From positions 721 through 64,720 of the forward strand of contig CAYQMG010000045.1 in the NCBI GenBank assembly GCA_964418585.1: a DNA stretch of 64,000 bases, read 5' to 3'. The translations under genes and the position numbers were made by a program. The number at the start of each line of letters is the position of its first letter. The stretch's first letter is position 1. This document shows positions 38,052 to 47,784 of the stretch, one piece after another. The notes under the pieces are model-generated. The model saw only the letters and a list, made by a program, of their open reading frames with translations. It did not search any database and was not told the DNA's origin. Source of the stretch: an uncultured Gammaproteobacteria bacterium (lineage in GTDB: Bacteria; Myxococcota_A; UBA796; JAJRTE01).

Positions 38052-39253
38052 ACCGGTCCGCCGTCCTTGAGGGGTTTTCGGAAACGAGTGATCCCCTCGT
38101 CCTCGTGGGAAGCGGCCTCGGTGGCCAAGGCTCGTTCCCCCGCACAGGACGACCGCAATTCCTGCTCGAGACTCATTACCACGGCCTCGAGTGAGTTGGT
38201 CTCACGAAAAACGCGCCGCTGTCGGTCCGCGCTGGAGCCTGTCTCGAGCATGCGCTCGATGGTCTTGAGATAGGGCCAGGAACCCAGAGCCTCGGACACG
38301 GGAGCCAGGGATTCGAGCATCTCTTCCAACACGGTACGGAAACGCTGCTGGCCTCCGGATTCGTCGGTCACCAGACGACAGTCCATGCCCCACCGCACGG
38401 CCCGCCACTTGTTCTCCTGCACAATCCAGTGCCTGGGCACGGGTTGCGGGACACCGCGTTCGTACAGGTCACCCAACCAGACGACCAGGGCCTGGGCAAA
38501 AGCGACCACGGCCAACAACTCGTCCAGGCGCGGCATGGCGTCACAGACCCGAAGCTCGAGGGTCCCGTACTGGGAATGCGGCCGAACATCTCCCCACAGT
38601 TCCTGAATCGACTCGATGGTCCCGATCTGCTGCAAGATTCGGATCATTCGCTGGAACTCGGTCCAGTTCCTCATCTGGTAGGGAACCCCCCCACCAGGCA
38701 AGGACTCGAACACCTTCGACCGCGCACTCACCAAGCCGGTATCCATTCCCTCCCAAAAAGGAGAGGAGGCAGACAGGGCAAGGAGCAACGGAATGTAGGC
38801 GGGAAACACGTTGAAAATGGACATCGCTTTCTCGGCCGTGTCCACCCCGATGTGGATATGCAACCCAAAAGTCAGCATGCGGCGTGCAGTCCACTGCGTG
38901 CGCTGAAGCTGCGTATGATACCGGGCATCCGGGGTCACTTCCTGGTCTGTCCAGTGCCCAAACGGATGCGTGCCCGCGGCGATCAAACGGTATCCCATCT
39001 CATCCGCAGCCCGTATGATGGACGACACCCGCTCCCGCAAATCGGCCTCGACCTCCCCCACCGTGCGGCAAACTCGAGTGTCCAGCTCCAGACAGCACTG
39101 GAGGAGTTCCTTCTTGACATGCGGGTCCTCCCGAAACCGATTCAACAGGGCCGGAGCACCGGAAGCCAGATCCAGGGTTTCCGGCTCCACTGTCTGAAGC
39201 TCGATCTCCACGCCAATCGTGGGCTCGGGAGAGCCCGGAAACGTGATCCCCAT
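38036..39253 (-). CDS. Carboxylate-amine ligase, GCS2 (YbdK) family, paralog A
   Basis: Start at MGITFPGS. Glutamate-cysteine ligase family 2 motifs (IGVEIELQTV, AAGTHPF, GLHIHIGV, SASSPFW, GTLELRVCD). Confidence 0.8.
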   Translation of the reverse strand: MGITFPGSPEPTIGVEIELQTVEPETLDLASGAPALLNRFREDPHVKKELLQCCLELDTRVCRTVGEVEADLRERVSSIIRAADEMGYRLIAAGTHPFGHWTDQEVTPDARYHTQLQRTQWTARRMLTFGLHIHIGVDTAEKAMSIFNVFPAYIPLLLALSASSPFWEGMDTGLVSARSKVFESLPGGGVPYQMRNWTEFQRMIRILQQIGTIESIQELWGDVRPHSQYGTLELRVCDAMPRLDELLAVVAFAQALVVWLGDLYERGVPQPVPRHWIVQENKWRAVRWGMDCRLVTDESGGQQRFRTVLEEMLESLAPVSEALGSWPYLKTIERMLETGSSADRQRRVFRETNSLEAVVMSLEQELRSSCAGERALATEAASHEDEGITRFRKPLKDGGPVWRDF

Positions 39254-39291
39254 ACGCACACCCCGCCGAGGGCACCATATCCACCATCTGG

Positions 39292-40410
39292 TCAGATAAT
39301 CATCCGGTCCTCGAGCAACTCCTCCATGATGCGCCCCGGCACCTGCGCGAGTCCATGGGCGGCACACACCTGCCGCTGACGCACGTACCCGGGCCCCTTC
39401 GCCATGACTTCCTCGAGCACCGCGAACTGGTCCCGCACGCCCAGGCGGTCCACCAATCCCCCCAGTTGGGCCACCACTTGCCGGAAGAACTCGCGAACCG
39501 AGGCCAGACCCCCTTCCTGGTTCGTCACCAGTTCTGCGTCCAGTCCAAACCGGGTCGCCCGCCACTTGTTTTCGCGCACGATCCAGGGATCTTGCTGCGG
39601 AATGACGTTCCCAGCCTCGTAGTTCTGCAGCAGCCAGACCACCACTGCCTGGGCAAGCCCCATCATGGCCGATGCCTCACGCAATGTGTGGGGTGCATCG
39701 CACGCCTGAAGCTCGAGGGTGCCGAGCTTGAGGTTTGGACGGGTATCCCACCAGATGTCCCCGATCTGTTCGATGGTCTCCGCTGCCCGGAGCGTCCGCA
39801 CGTAGGCCTGGAAATCGCCGAAATTGAGCAGCAGGGGAGGCAACCCGGCATTGGGGATGTTCTCGATGACTCGAGTCCTGCACGAAGCGAGGCCGGTGTC
39901 GTGCCCACGCCAGAACGGGCTGGAGGCACTCAAGGCCACGAACAGGGGCACCAGGGTGGTGAGGGCGTTTCCGATGGCGATGGCCTTTTCCCCATCCGGG
40001 ACGCCCACGTGCAGCCGCAACCCGAACACGGCGGCCCGACGGCCGACCCATTGCAATCGCCGCACAAAGGCCTGTGCCCTGGGGGCGTCGTCGATGTGCA
40101 GGTCTCTCCATCCTGCAATGGGGTGTGTTGCAGAAGAGAGGAGGCCGATCCCCATGGGCTCGCACGCCGTTCGAAGCCGGTCGACCCGCTCGTAGAGTTC
40201 CCGGCTGGCGTCTGCCACGGTGTGATGCAGTCCGGTTTCCACCTGCACCAGCGACTGGTAGAGGCTGCGAGAGTAGCCCGGCTCCCCGGCCAACTGCTCG
40301 AGCACGCCCGGAGCAGCAGGGATAGGCAACTCGTTCTCCAGGTCCACAAGCTGAAGTTCCAGGGCGGCCCCGACCACGGGGTCTGCACGACCGACGAACC
40401 TAAGACGCAT
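39292..40410 (-). CDS. Carboxylate-amine ligase, GCS2 (YbdK) family, paralog B
   Basis: Start at MRLRF (Shine-Dalgarno GGAG). Co-linear paralog of the downstream gene (ALELQLV, SATHPI, GLRLHVGV, SASSPFW, GTLELQACD). Confidence 0.8.
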   Translation of the reverse strand: MRLRFVGRADPVVGAALELQLVDLENELPIPAAPGVLEQLAGEPGYSRSLYQSLVQVETGLHHTVADASRELYERVDRLRTACEPMGIGLLSSATHPIAGWRDLHIDDAPRAQAFVRRLQWVGRRAAVFGLRLHVGVPDGEKAIAIGNALTTLVPLFVALSASSPFWRGHDTGLASCRTRVIENIPNAGLPPLLLNFGDFQAYVRTLRAAETIEQIGDIWWDTRPNLKLGTLELQACDAPHTLREASAMMGLAQAVVVWLLQNYEAGNVIPQQDPWIVRENKWRATRFGLDAELVTNQEGGLASVREFFRQVVAQLGGLVDRLGVRDQFAVLEEVMAKGPGYVRQRQVCAAHGLAQVPGRIMEELLEDRMII

Positions 40411-40605
40411 GGGGTACTCCCCGGTCCTCGTTGCCGACTCGACCCCTCCTGGGCGCCGGCGCGGGCCGACGTTGACCGGGTGATGGAACACCGGGGAGCC
40501 GAGAAGCCGCCGGTGGACGGGCTACGAGGCAGGTCATGGCGTTGCTCGAGACGGGTTGGGCGTGGTGTGGGTCCTCCGCACGACAGGCGGTTCGGATGAC
40601 TGCGC

Positions 40606-42795
40606 TCAGGGCGTTCGGCCGGTGAGCTTGCGCCACAGGGAACGGAACCAGTCCGCGATCCGGGCGAAGAACCGGCCCAGGGCCGATTCGGGTTGCACCG
40701 GTGCGACCGCCTTGGTTTCCGGCGTCGGTTCCCTGGCAGGTCCCTCCTTGCCCTTGCCTCCTGCGGGTTCGGTTTCGGCCTTGGGCTGCTCCGCCGCCGG
40801 CTTTTCCACTGGAGGCTCCGGCTTCTTCGCCTCGACCGCTCGAGGCTTTTCCGGCTCGGGTGCCGGCTTCCCGGTTTCCTTGGGAGCTGCCTGTGCGCCT
40901 CCAGATTCGCCTTCCCGAGGGGGTGGCTCTTCTCGAGGAGGCTCTTCCGGGGCCGGAGCGGTCTTGCCGGCCTTGGCAGCCTCCATCTCCGCCTTGGCCT
41001 GGGCCAGAATCTTGGACACACTTTCCTTGGGAAGTTCCCGGGTCGCCTTGTCGAACACCGGGTCATGCCACTTCTTTCTCGTGGGCGTGGTGGGAGTGGG
41101 CGGCGGCAGGGTTCCGGCACTGTCCGTTGCCGTTTCCCAGGGCGCCTTCTTGCTCGCACCGGCCTTGGACCGCGTCGCCGGCGCCGGCGCCTTCACCGCT
41201 TTCCCGGTTCGCTTCTTGACCGTCTTTACCGCGGTCTTTCCCCCCTTGGTCCGCTTGATCGTGGTCTTCTTCTCGGAACCGTCCTCGCTGGTGGATTTCA
41301 CCTTGAGCACGGTCTCCATCTGCTGACCGGTGTCCTTGTCCTTGGCGCTGAGCGTGAGAATCCCCTCGGAATCAATGTGGAACAGCACCTCGACCTTGAC
41401 CGTCCCCTTCTTGGCCTTCCGGATTCCGGAGAAGATGAATGTGCCCAGGATCTCGTTCTCGGCCGCCACCTCGTGGTCGCCCTGATAGATCTTGAGCATG
41501 ATCGACTTCTGGTTGTCCTTGGAATTGGTCAGAATCAAGGACTTGTAACTCGGGATCGGACTGAACTTCGGGAAAAGACGGAGCAGGGTGCCGTCCACCT
41601 TGGCGATCCCGATGGCCATGGGCAACACGTCCAGCAACTCCACCTTGTGGTAGCTCTGGTCGGTCAACGAGTGGGCCATGATGGCCGCACCCACGGCCAC
41701 CGCTTCATCAGGATGAACCCCCTTGCACGGCTGTCGCTTGAACGCCTCGGTCACCTTGCGCTGCACGAGCGGCATGCGGGATTGCCCACCCACGAGCAGG
41801 ACCTCATCCAGGTCCTTGAGTTCGAGCTTGGCCTCCTTGAGCACGCGCATGCAGGTATTGAGCGTGCGGTCCACCAGGTCGTGGGTCAGTTCCTCGAGCT
41901 TCTCTCGTGTGAGGACCATGTCCACGTTCAGCGTGCCCTTGGGGCCTCGAGCAATGAAGGGGATGTTGATCCGCGTCTCCTCGAGACTCGACAGGTCGAT
42001 CTTGGCGCGCTCGGCAGATTCCTTGATCCGCTGGACCGCCACAATGTTGTTGGAAAGGTCGATCCCGTGGTCCTTTTCGAAACTGGAGATGATCCACTCC
42101 ATCACCCGGTTGTCGAAGTCGATCCCTCCCAACATGGTATCGCCGCCGGTGGCGATCACCTCGAAGATCTTGTCCTTGACCTCGATGATGGAAATGTCGA
42201 ACGTGCCCCCGCCGAGGTCGTAGACGGCGAGCTTCTGGTTGAGATTCTTGCCAAGGCCGTAGGCGAGGGCAGCGGCCGTGGGCTCATTGAGGATCCGGAT
42301 GACATTGAGCTTGGCCATCTTCCCCGCGTTCCGGACCGCCTGCCGCTGGCGCTCATTGAAGTAGGCGGGGACGGTGATCACGGCGCTGGTGATCTCGTCG
42401 TGGAGGTACTCCTCGGAGACTTCCCGGATCTTGTCGAGAATGTGAGCGGAGATCTGCTCGAGGGAGAAGATCTGGTCCTTGATCTTGACCAAGACCTCGT
42501 TCTGGTCGCCCTCCATGATCTCGTAGGTAAAGAGCTGACGGACCTTTTCGATGGTCTTGGACCCGTAGTTCCTGCCCAACAGGCGCTTCGAGCCGTAGAT
42601 GGTGCCGGCCGGATTGAGCTGAGAGATCTTCTTGGCGTCGTGTCCGACGAGCTTGTTACCCGCGTCATCGACGGCGAACATGGACGGAATGGTATAGTTT
42701 CCGCCCTTGTACATGATGATCTTGGGTTGGTTGTTCTCCACCACGGCTGCACAGGAGTTGGTGGTGCCGAGGTCAATTCCAATTGCCTTTCCCAT
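40606..42795 (-). CDS. Atypical Hsp70-family ATPase with roughly 250-aa low-complexity K/P/A/E-rich C-terminal tail
   Basis: Hsp70 signatures (IGIDLGTTNS, DLGGGTFD, LVGGQSRMP). Start at MGKAIGIDLG with an AAGGAG Shine-Dalgarno. The substrate-binding-domain region is recognisable. The tail (KAPAPATRSKAGASKKAP...PEPEKPRAVEAKKPEPPVEKPAAEQPKAE) is disordered-type. Codon usage looks AT-richer than neighbouring genes. Confidence 0.85.
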   Translation of the reverse strand: MGKAIGIDLGTTNSCAAVVENNQPKIIMYKGGNYTIPSMFAVDDAGNKLVGHDAKKISQLNPAGTIYGSKRLLGRNYGSKTIEKVRQLFTYEIMEGDQNEVLVKIKDQIFSLEQISAHILDKIREVSEEYLHDEITSAVITVPAYFNERQRQAVRNAGKMAKLNVIRILNEPTAAALAYGLGKNLNQKLAVYDLGGGTFDISIIEVKDKIFEVIATGGDTMLGGIDFDNRVMEWIISSFEKDHGIDLSNNIVAVQRIKESAERAKIDLSSLEETRINIPFIARGPKGTLNVDMVLTREKLEELTHDLVDRTLNTCMRVLKEAKLELKDLDEVLLVGGQSRMPLVQRKVTEAFKRQPCKGVHPDEAVAVGAAIMAHSLTDQSYHKVELLDVLPMAIGIAKVDGTLLRLFPKFSPIPSYKSLILTNSKDNQKSIMLKIYQGDHEVAAENEILGTFIFSGIRKAKKGTVKVEVLFHIDSEGILTLSAKDKDTGQQMETVLKVKSTSEDGSEKKTTIKRTKGGKTAVKTVKKRTGKAVKAPAPATRSKAGASKKAPWETATDSAGTLPPPTPTTPTRKKWHDPVFDKATRELPKESVSKILAQAKAEMEAAKAGKTAPAPEEPPREEPPPREGESGGAQAAPKETGKPAPEPEKPRAVEAKKPEPPVEKPAAEQPKAETEPAGGKGKEGPAREPTPETKAVAPVQPESALGRFFARIADWFRSLWRKLTGRTP

Positions 42796-43166
42796 AGACT
42801 CCAGAGACTCCTTCGGTGGCACCGTTCACTGTTGGCACCGGATGTATCCGCCAAGGGGTCCCGCCGAGCGGTGGAGTGAGACCGCGGCCTCCGAACCGCG
42901 TCCCCATCGAGGCCGGTGCGCACACACGGCACCCTCGCCCCAGCCCGGACCCGGACACGTCCAATCCGTTGCAGACAAAGAACTTCCCCGCATCTACCGG
43001 CCAGATGTCACTTGTACCAGATCATGTCTCAAAGGTCAACTCGCAAAGTCCGGCCTGCCCGAAAAAAACTGACCCCAGGCCTGCCGGTTGTCGCGCGCCG
43101 CGTCACCGGAGAAGTGCCTGGGCAGCCTGACGGTGGAGACCACCACCTGGAAGACGGAGGCCGGAC

Positions 43167-44555
43167 TCAGTTTCTCAGGGACTGAATAGGAGCCGGGATA
43201 CGCCCGCCGGCCCGGACGAACCCCCGCGCCGAGAAACTGTTCACCGCCATGATCGGAGCCTCGCCCAACAACCCTCCGAAAACGGCGCGATCCCCCACTC
43301 CCTTGCCTGGAACCGGGATGATCCGCACGGCAGTCGTCTTGTTGTTCATCACCCCGATGGCGGCCTCGTCGGCGATGATCGCGGCGATGGTCTCGGGAGG
43401 CGTATCCCCCGGGATGGCCACCATGTCCAGGCCCACCGAGCAGATGCTGGTCAAGGCCTCGAGCTTTTCGAGGGTCAGGGCGCCTGCGTCCACTGCTTCG
43501 ATCATTCCCCGGTCCTCACTCACCGGGATGAACGCGCCAGACAACCCACCCACGTACGAGGATGCCATCACCCCGCCCTTTTTGACCGCATCGGTCAGGA
43601 GGAAAAGCGCTGCGGTGGTACCCGGCGCCCCTGTCCGTTCCAGTCCCATCGCCTCGAGAATGTTGGCAACGGAATCGCCCACCGCCGGAGTCGGCGCGAG
43701 GGAGAGGTCCACGATCCCGAATTTCACGCCGTTGCCCAGTCGCCGCACGACCTCCCGGCCGGCCCACTCCCCGGCCCGGGTCACCTTGAATGCTGTTCGC
43801 TTCACCGTATCGGCCAGGGCACCCAGATCCACCGGTCGACCCGATTCCTTGAGTTCCTGAATCGCCTTCAGGACCACGCCCGGACCGGAGACTCCCACAT
43901 TGATCACACAGTCCGGTTCCCCTACCCCAACCATGCCGCCGGCGATGAACGGATTGTCCTCCGCAGCGTTGGCAAACACCACCAACTTGCAACAGCCGAT
44001 GGCATCCCGGTCGGCCGTGCGGCGCGCCGTTTCCAGGATCACTTCCGACATCCTGGACACCGCGTCCATGTTGATCCCCGCCCGACTGGTGGCCACGTTC
44101 ACGGAACTGCACACCCTCGAGGTTTCGGCCAGGACGGTCGGAATTGCGTCCAGCAGCGCCCGGTCCCCCGGCGTGATCCCCTTGTGTACAAGGGCGGAAA
44201 ACCCGGCCAGGTAGTCCACTCCCAGGTCGCGCGCTACCCGGTCGAGTGTGCGGGCCAGGGGAAGCATCGCGTCCGGCCCGGCCGCTCCAGCGATGAGCGC
44301 GATGGGGCTGACCGATACCCGCTTGTTCACGATGGGGATCCCGAAATCGTCCTCGACCGATCGGGCAACCCGGACCAGGTCCTTGGCGCACCGATGGATC
44401 TTGTCCCGCACGCGGCGACACAGTTCCGGAACCGAAGGGGAGACGCAGTCGTGGAGCGAGATCCCCATGGTGACGGTTCGAACGTCCAGATGGTTGGAAT
44501 ACACCATCTGGATGATCTCCCGGATTTCCTCGATCGACCAGTACATCCCACACAC
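43167..44555 (-). CDS. UPF0210 / DUF711 family protein
   Basis: Full-length match by recall to the UPF0210 family (N-terminal M..EI.E...[16 protein letters not shown]; about 450 aa). The family is classically paired with an upstream ACT-domain UPF0237 protein, as here. Confidence 0.75.
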   Translation of the reverse strand: MCGMYWSIEEIREIIQMVYSNHLDVRTVTMGISLHDCVSPSVPELCRRVRDKIHRCAKDLVRVARSVEDDFGIPIVNKRVSVSPIALIAGAAGPDAMLPLARTLDRVARDLGVDYLAGFSALVHKGITPGDRALLDAIPTVLAETSRVCSSVNVATSRAGINMDAVSRMSEVILETARRTADRDAIGCCKLVVFANAAEDNPFIAGGMVGVGEPDCVINVGVSGPGVVLKAIQELKESGRPVDLGALADTVKRTAFKVTRAGEWAGREVVRRLGNGVKFGIVDLSLAPTPAVGDSVANILEAMGLERTGAPGTTAALFLLTDAVKKGGVMASSYVGGLSGAFIPVSEDRGMIEAVDAGALTLEKLEALTSICSVGLDMVAIPGDTPPETIAAIIADEAAIGVMNNKTTAVRIIPVPGKGVGDRAVFGGLLGEAPIMAVNSFSARGFVRAGGRIPAPIQSLRN

Positions 44556-44597
44556 CCATCAGGGGCCTCGCGGACAGCCCCTGCCTTGCCGTCGGGG

Positions 44598-45095
44598 TCA
44601 AATACGTTGCATACCCCGAAAAATCTCCTCGTGAACAGCCACCACCTGCACCCCCAATCGCTGGCCCTGGGCCAGGAGGCGCTGCTTCAACTCGTTGAAG
44701 TTGCGCCCCCTCCGTGAAAGGCCGTTCAAGTCCAGGATCATGATCATCGTGAAGAATCCGCCCACGATGGTCTGCGAAATGTCCAGGATGTCGGCGTCGA
44801 ATTCGGCTACCAGCGAGGCGAACGCGGCCACGATCCCGGTCCGGTTCATCCCGGTCACGGTCACCACACCCCGGTTTTGAAGTTCGGGTTGCTCGCCGGC
44901 CTTGCAGCGGACACACTCGGCGTACCCGGGTGCGGCAGCAGGAGCGCTCGAGAGGTCCGTGGACGCCCCCCCCCGCCGGTCCACGGCGTCGACCACCTCG
45001 CGGACGATGGCCTGGACCACCTCGGGGTCGACCTCGCCCACCTCCTGGCGCACCAGGCGGACGATTTCTTCTTCCATGCCTTGCTCAATCGCCAT
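44598..45095 (-). CDS. ACT-domain protein (UPF0237 family)
   Basis: C-terminal ACT fold region (VVTVTGMNRTGIVAAFASLVAEFDADILDISQTIVGGFFTMIMILDL). It lies immediately upstream of the UPF0210 gene. Its start overlaps the preceding BMC-P gene; an alternative start at MEEEIV (45077) is possible. Confidence 0.7.
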   Translation of the reverse strand: MAIEQGMEEEIVRLVRQEVGEVDPEVVQAIVREVVDAVDRRGGASTDLSSAPAAAPGYAECVRCKAGEQPELQNRGVVTVTGMNRTGIVAAFASLVAEFDADILDISQTIVGGFFTMIMILDLNGLSRRGRNFNELKQRLLAQGQRLGVQVVAVHEEIFRGMQRI

Positions 45096-45426
45096 GGGAA
45101 CTCCTCGCGCTTTCCTCCGGGTCCGGGTTCACGGAAAACCGGTCCACGATGGCCACGACCGCGGCATCCACCGGGATTGACGGCCTGGCGTCCTCGGGCA
45201 AGTCAGGCTCGAGAGACACCCGGGCGGCATGACCGTATGCGACGACGACATCTTCGCCGGGCCCGGCGCCGTAACAATCTGCGGCGACCACGGCATCGCT
45301 GGTGGGTTCGCCCCGTCCTGCGAGCGCATCCAGGGTGTAGGGCCGCACCAGCAACAGCTTGACCCCCTCCAGTTCCTGCCATTTCACCGTCGACCAGACG
45401 ACGCCGACGACCCGGGCCAAAAACAT
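45085..45426 (-). CDS. BMC vertex protein (EutN/CcmL/PduN family, BMC-P), paralog 4
   Basis: MFLARVVGVVWSTVKWQELEGVKLLLVRP...AGPGEDVVVAYGHAAR...PVDAAVVAIVD. Textbook EutN_CcmL pattern (CcmL: M.IA.V.GTVVST.K...L.G.KLLL...G.GEWVL...GS.AR...PVDAAVVAIID). Confidence 0.75.
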   Translation of the reverse strand: MFLARVVGVVWSTVKWQELEGVKLLLVRPYTLDALAGRGEPTSDAVVAADCYGAGPGEDVVVAYGHAARVSLEPDLPEDARPSIPVDAAVVAIVDRFSVNPDPEESARSSHGD

Positions 45427-45433
45427 GACCACC

Positions 45434-45739
45434 TCACCATGTTTTTTCGAAGACCTCTGCCAGCACCACGGACACGGCGGCGTCGGCGAGCACGGTGCCA
45501 CGCCCGCGGGGAGAAACCGCGTTCCGGGCCCCACTCCCCCAACTCACCAGGACTTCCTGCCCAGGCGCTGCGTCCAGGGTGTCGATGGCCACCACCACCT
45601 CGCCGGTGGGAACGCCTCTTCCGGACCCGCCCTCTTGCTCGGCGGCACGGATCACCTCGACCATCACCAGCTTGCGACCGGCCATGGCGGGATGTTTCCT
45701 GGTCGCCCACACTTCCCCGATGATTCGCCCGCGTATCAT
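45434..45739 (-). CDS. BMC vertex protein (EutN/CcmL/PduN family, BMC-P), paralog 3
   Basis: MIRGRIIGEVWATRKHPAMAGRKLVMVEVI...AAPGQEVLVSWGSGAR...LADAAVSVV. ATGA start/stop overlap with paralog 2. Confidence 0.7.
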   Translation of the reverse strand: MIRGRIIGEVWATRKHPAMAGRKLVMVEVIRAAEQEGGSGRGVPTGEVVVAIDTLDAAPGQEVLVSWGSGARNAVSPRGRGTVLADAAVSVVLAEVFEKTW

Positions 45740-46104
45740 GCCCCCTCTCCCGTTTTCCACCCGGGTGGCGTCACCCCCTTTGGCAACGGTCCGGGTTCGA
45801 AACAAAACGGGGCATCCGGGTCGGACCAGGCGGCGGGGTCCACCTCGGTGCGATCCACCACCGCACAGACGGCGGCCTCCACGGGATAGTTGCGCCCGCC
45901 CAGACTCCATCGGGCCGGGGTGCCGAACGTGACCACCACGTCGTCGCCCACACCGGCGTCGAGACGGTCCACAGCCACGACGTGCGCGGCGTCGTGCGGG
46001 GGGAGGTACCACCCGTAAGGACGGACGACGAGAAGTTTCTGTCCGTCCAGGCGCGTATCCTTTCGCGTGGCCCAGACGGTTCCCACGACCCTCCCGAGAA
46101 ACAT
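45736..46104 (-). CDS. BMC vertex protein (EutN/CcmL/PduN family, BMC-P), paralog 2, with about 30-aa C-terminal extension
   Basis: MFLGRVVGTVWATRKDTRLDGQKLLVVRP...AGVGDDVVVTFGTPAR...PVEAAVCAVVD. It carries an extra Pro/Gly-rich C-terminus. Confidence 0.75.
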   Translation of the reverse strand: MFLGRVVGTVWATRKDTRLDGQKLLVVRPYGWYLPPHDAAHVVAVDRLDAGVGDDVVVTFGTPARWSLGGRNYPVEAAVCAVVDRTEVDPAAWSDPDAPFCFEPGPLPKGVTPPGWKTGEGA

Positions 46105-46154
46105 GCACCCTCCCTGTGGGCACGGACCAGTCCGTCCCCGATTGAGGACGAGCA

Positions 46155-46466
46155 TCACCCGCGTTCGGGCACCCGCCCCGCCGGTTCGTCGGCCATCCAG
46201 ACGTCGTCCACGATGGCGATCACCACGTCCTTGGCCGGGACCCCCTCGCCAAACCCGATGTCTCGCACCCGACTGCCGTGCGCCACCAGCACCCGGTCTC
46301 CGGGGCCGGCCTGCAACCGGTCGAGCGCCACCCAGGTGGTTTCTCCAGGGGCAAGACCTCCCCCGGCACCGAACTCCAGGGCACGGACCTCGAGAAGCTT
46401 TACCGACTCCAGGCCCTCCGCCCGCACGTCCCCCCACAAAGCCCGCTCCACTCGTGCCAGTCTCAT
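46155..46466 (-). CDS. BMC vertex protein (EutN/CcmL/PduN family, BMC-P), paralog 1
   Basis: MRLARVERALWGDVRAEGLESVKLLEVRA...AGPGDRVLVAHGSRVR...AKDVVIAIVDDV. ATGA overlap with the ADH stop, indicating translational coupling. Confidence 0.7.
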   Translation of the reverse strand: MRLARVERALWGDVRAEGLESVKLLEVRALEFGAGGGLAPGETTWVALDRLQAGPGDRVLVAHGSRVRDIGFGEGVPAKDVVIAIVDDVWMADEPAGRVPERG

Positions 46467-47647
46467 GAGAACCGCACCATGATTTTGCCGTCCGTCCGTG
46501 TGGTGGATCGCTCGAGGGCGTCCAGCACCTGGGCGAACGGGTAGCGGGCCGTGATCATCTTCGCCGCCGGAATCCGCCCGGTGGCGAGCATCCGAATGAT
46601 ATTCGGAAAGATACCGTAACCCGCGTGGCCTCGAGCACCCGCGATGGAGTTTGCATTGCTGACGAGGACATCGAGCTGGGCTTCCACCGCGGTGGCCGCG
46701 CGCCCCAGGTAGACCATTTTCCCGTTTGGTGCGTAACTCTGCTCAATCTCCGGCACCGTGTGGGGCGCTGCACCGGCCGCCTCGACGAGCATGTCGGCCC
46801 CATGGCCGTCGGTGATGTCCATGACGATTTCGTGCGGAGAGGTGCCTTCCCGTGCCAGAGCGATGGGATTGTAGGCCGCGTCCGCGCCCATCTCCACGGC
46901 CAGGTTGCACCGCTGGTCAACCACGTCGAACACCACGATCCGGGCTGCCCCGGCAGCTCGAGCCATCAGCACTGCGCCGAGGCCGATGGGACCTGCTCCG
47001 AACACTGCGACATGAGCACCGGGAAGGAATCCGCCGGCAGACACGAACATGCCATTGTAGGAGCAACCAATCGGCTCGATCAAGGCGCCGATTTCGTACA
47101 TCTCCTGGTCGGAATTGCACACCTGACGCAGGTCGTCGAGCTTCCAGCAGTATTTCTCCTTGACCGCGATATACTCGGCAAAGGCCCCCGGGGAACTGAA
47201 CCCCACCATCTCCAGGTGCCGACACTGGTTCGGGTGGCCGGTTCGACAGGGGCGACACACGCCGCACCACAACATGCCCTCGGGAGCCACCGGGTCGCCC
47301 ACCTTGAGTGTGGTGACGGCCCGTCCCACCTCGACCACCTCTCCGGAGTACTCGTGTCCCATGATGACCGGGAGCTTGACAGGTCCAGAGAAGATCACAT
47401 AGCCGTCGGGGTCGGTTTCAAAGCAGTGGGTATCGCTGCCGCACACGCCGCAGGCCTTGACCTTGAGCAGCACCTCGTCGTCGGCAATGCGGGGAACAGG
47501 CTGGTGCTCGAGCGTGATCTTCGGGTTGCGCCAGACCGCGCTGGCGCAGGTGGCCTTTCCGCTCTCCTGCTCTTGCCGGCTCACCACGTAGCCGTCCTTT
47601 GGATCCCAGTCTCCCCTCAGCACGAGTGCTTGCATGTTGTCACCCAT
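46463..47647 (-). CDS. Zn-dependent alcohol dehydrogenase (MDR superfamily; sorbitol/threonine-dehydrogenase-like)
   Basis: Catalytic and structural Zn motifs (CGVCGSDTH, GHEYSGEVVEVG, C-x2-C-x2-C-x7-C: CGVCRPCRTGHPNQC). Rossmann motif GAGPIGLG. Confidence 0.85.
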   Translation of the reverse strand: MGDNMQALVLRGDWDPKDGYVVSRQEQESGKATCASAVWRNPKITLEHQPVPRIADDEVLLKVKACGVCGSDTHCFETDPDGYVIFSGPVKLPVIMGHEYSGEVVEVGRAVTTLKVGDPVAPEGMLWCGVCRPCRTGHPNQCRHLEMVGFSSPGAFAEYIAVKEKYCWKLDDLRQVCNSDQEMYEIGALIEPIGCSYNGMFVSAGGFLPGAHVAVFGAGPIGLGAVLMARAAGAARIVVFDVVDQRCNLAVEMGADAAYNPIALAREGTSPHEIVMDITDGHGADMLVEAAGAAPHTVPEIEQSYAPNGKMVYLGRAATAVEAQLDVLVSNANSIAGARGHAGYGIFPNIIRMLATGRIPAAKMITARYPFAQVLDALERSTTRTDGKIMVRFS

Positions 47648-47784
47648 GGAGCGCCTCCAGTCTCGTCGTCGAGTGATTCCAGACGTGTCCGCGCAGCGGA
47701 CCCCGGGGCCGGGCGAAGTCCGACCTCGAGCCAGCAAAGCCTACCCTGGAATGGAGGCGAGATCAACGGCAATCACCGCCGTCC

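Noticed and set aside
40693-42879. 728-aa plus-strand ORF
   Set aside because: It is antisense to the Hsp70 gene, and its translation is L/G/R/D-rich low complexity.
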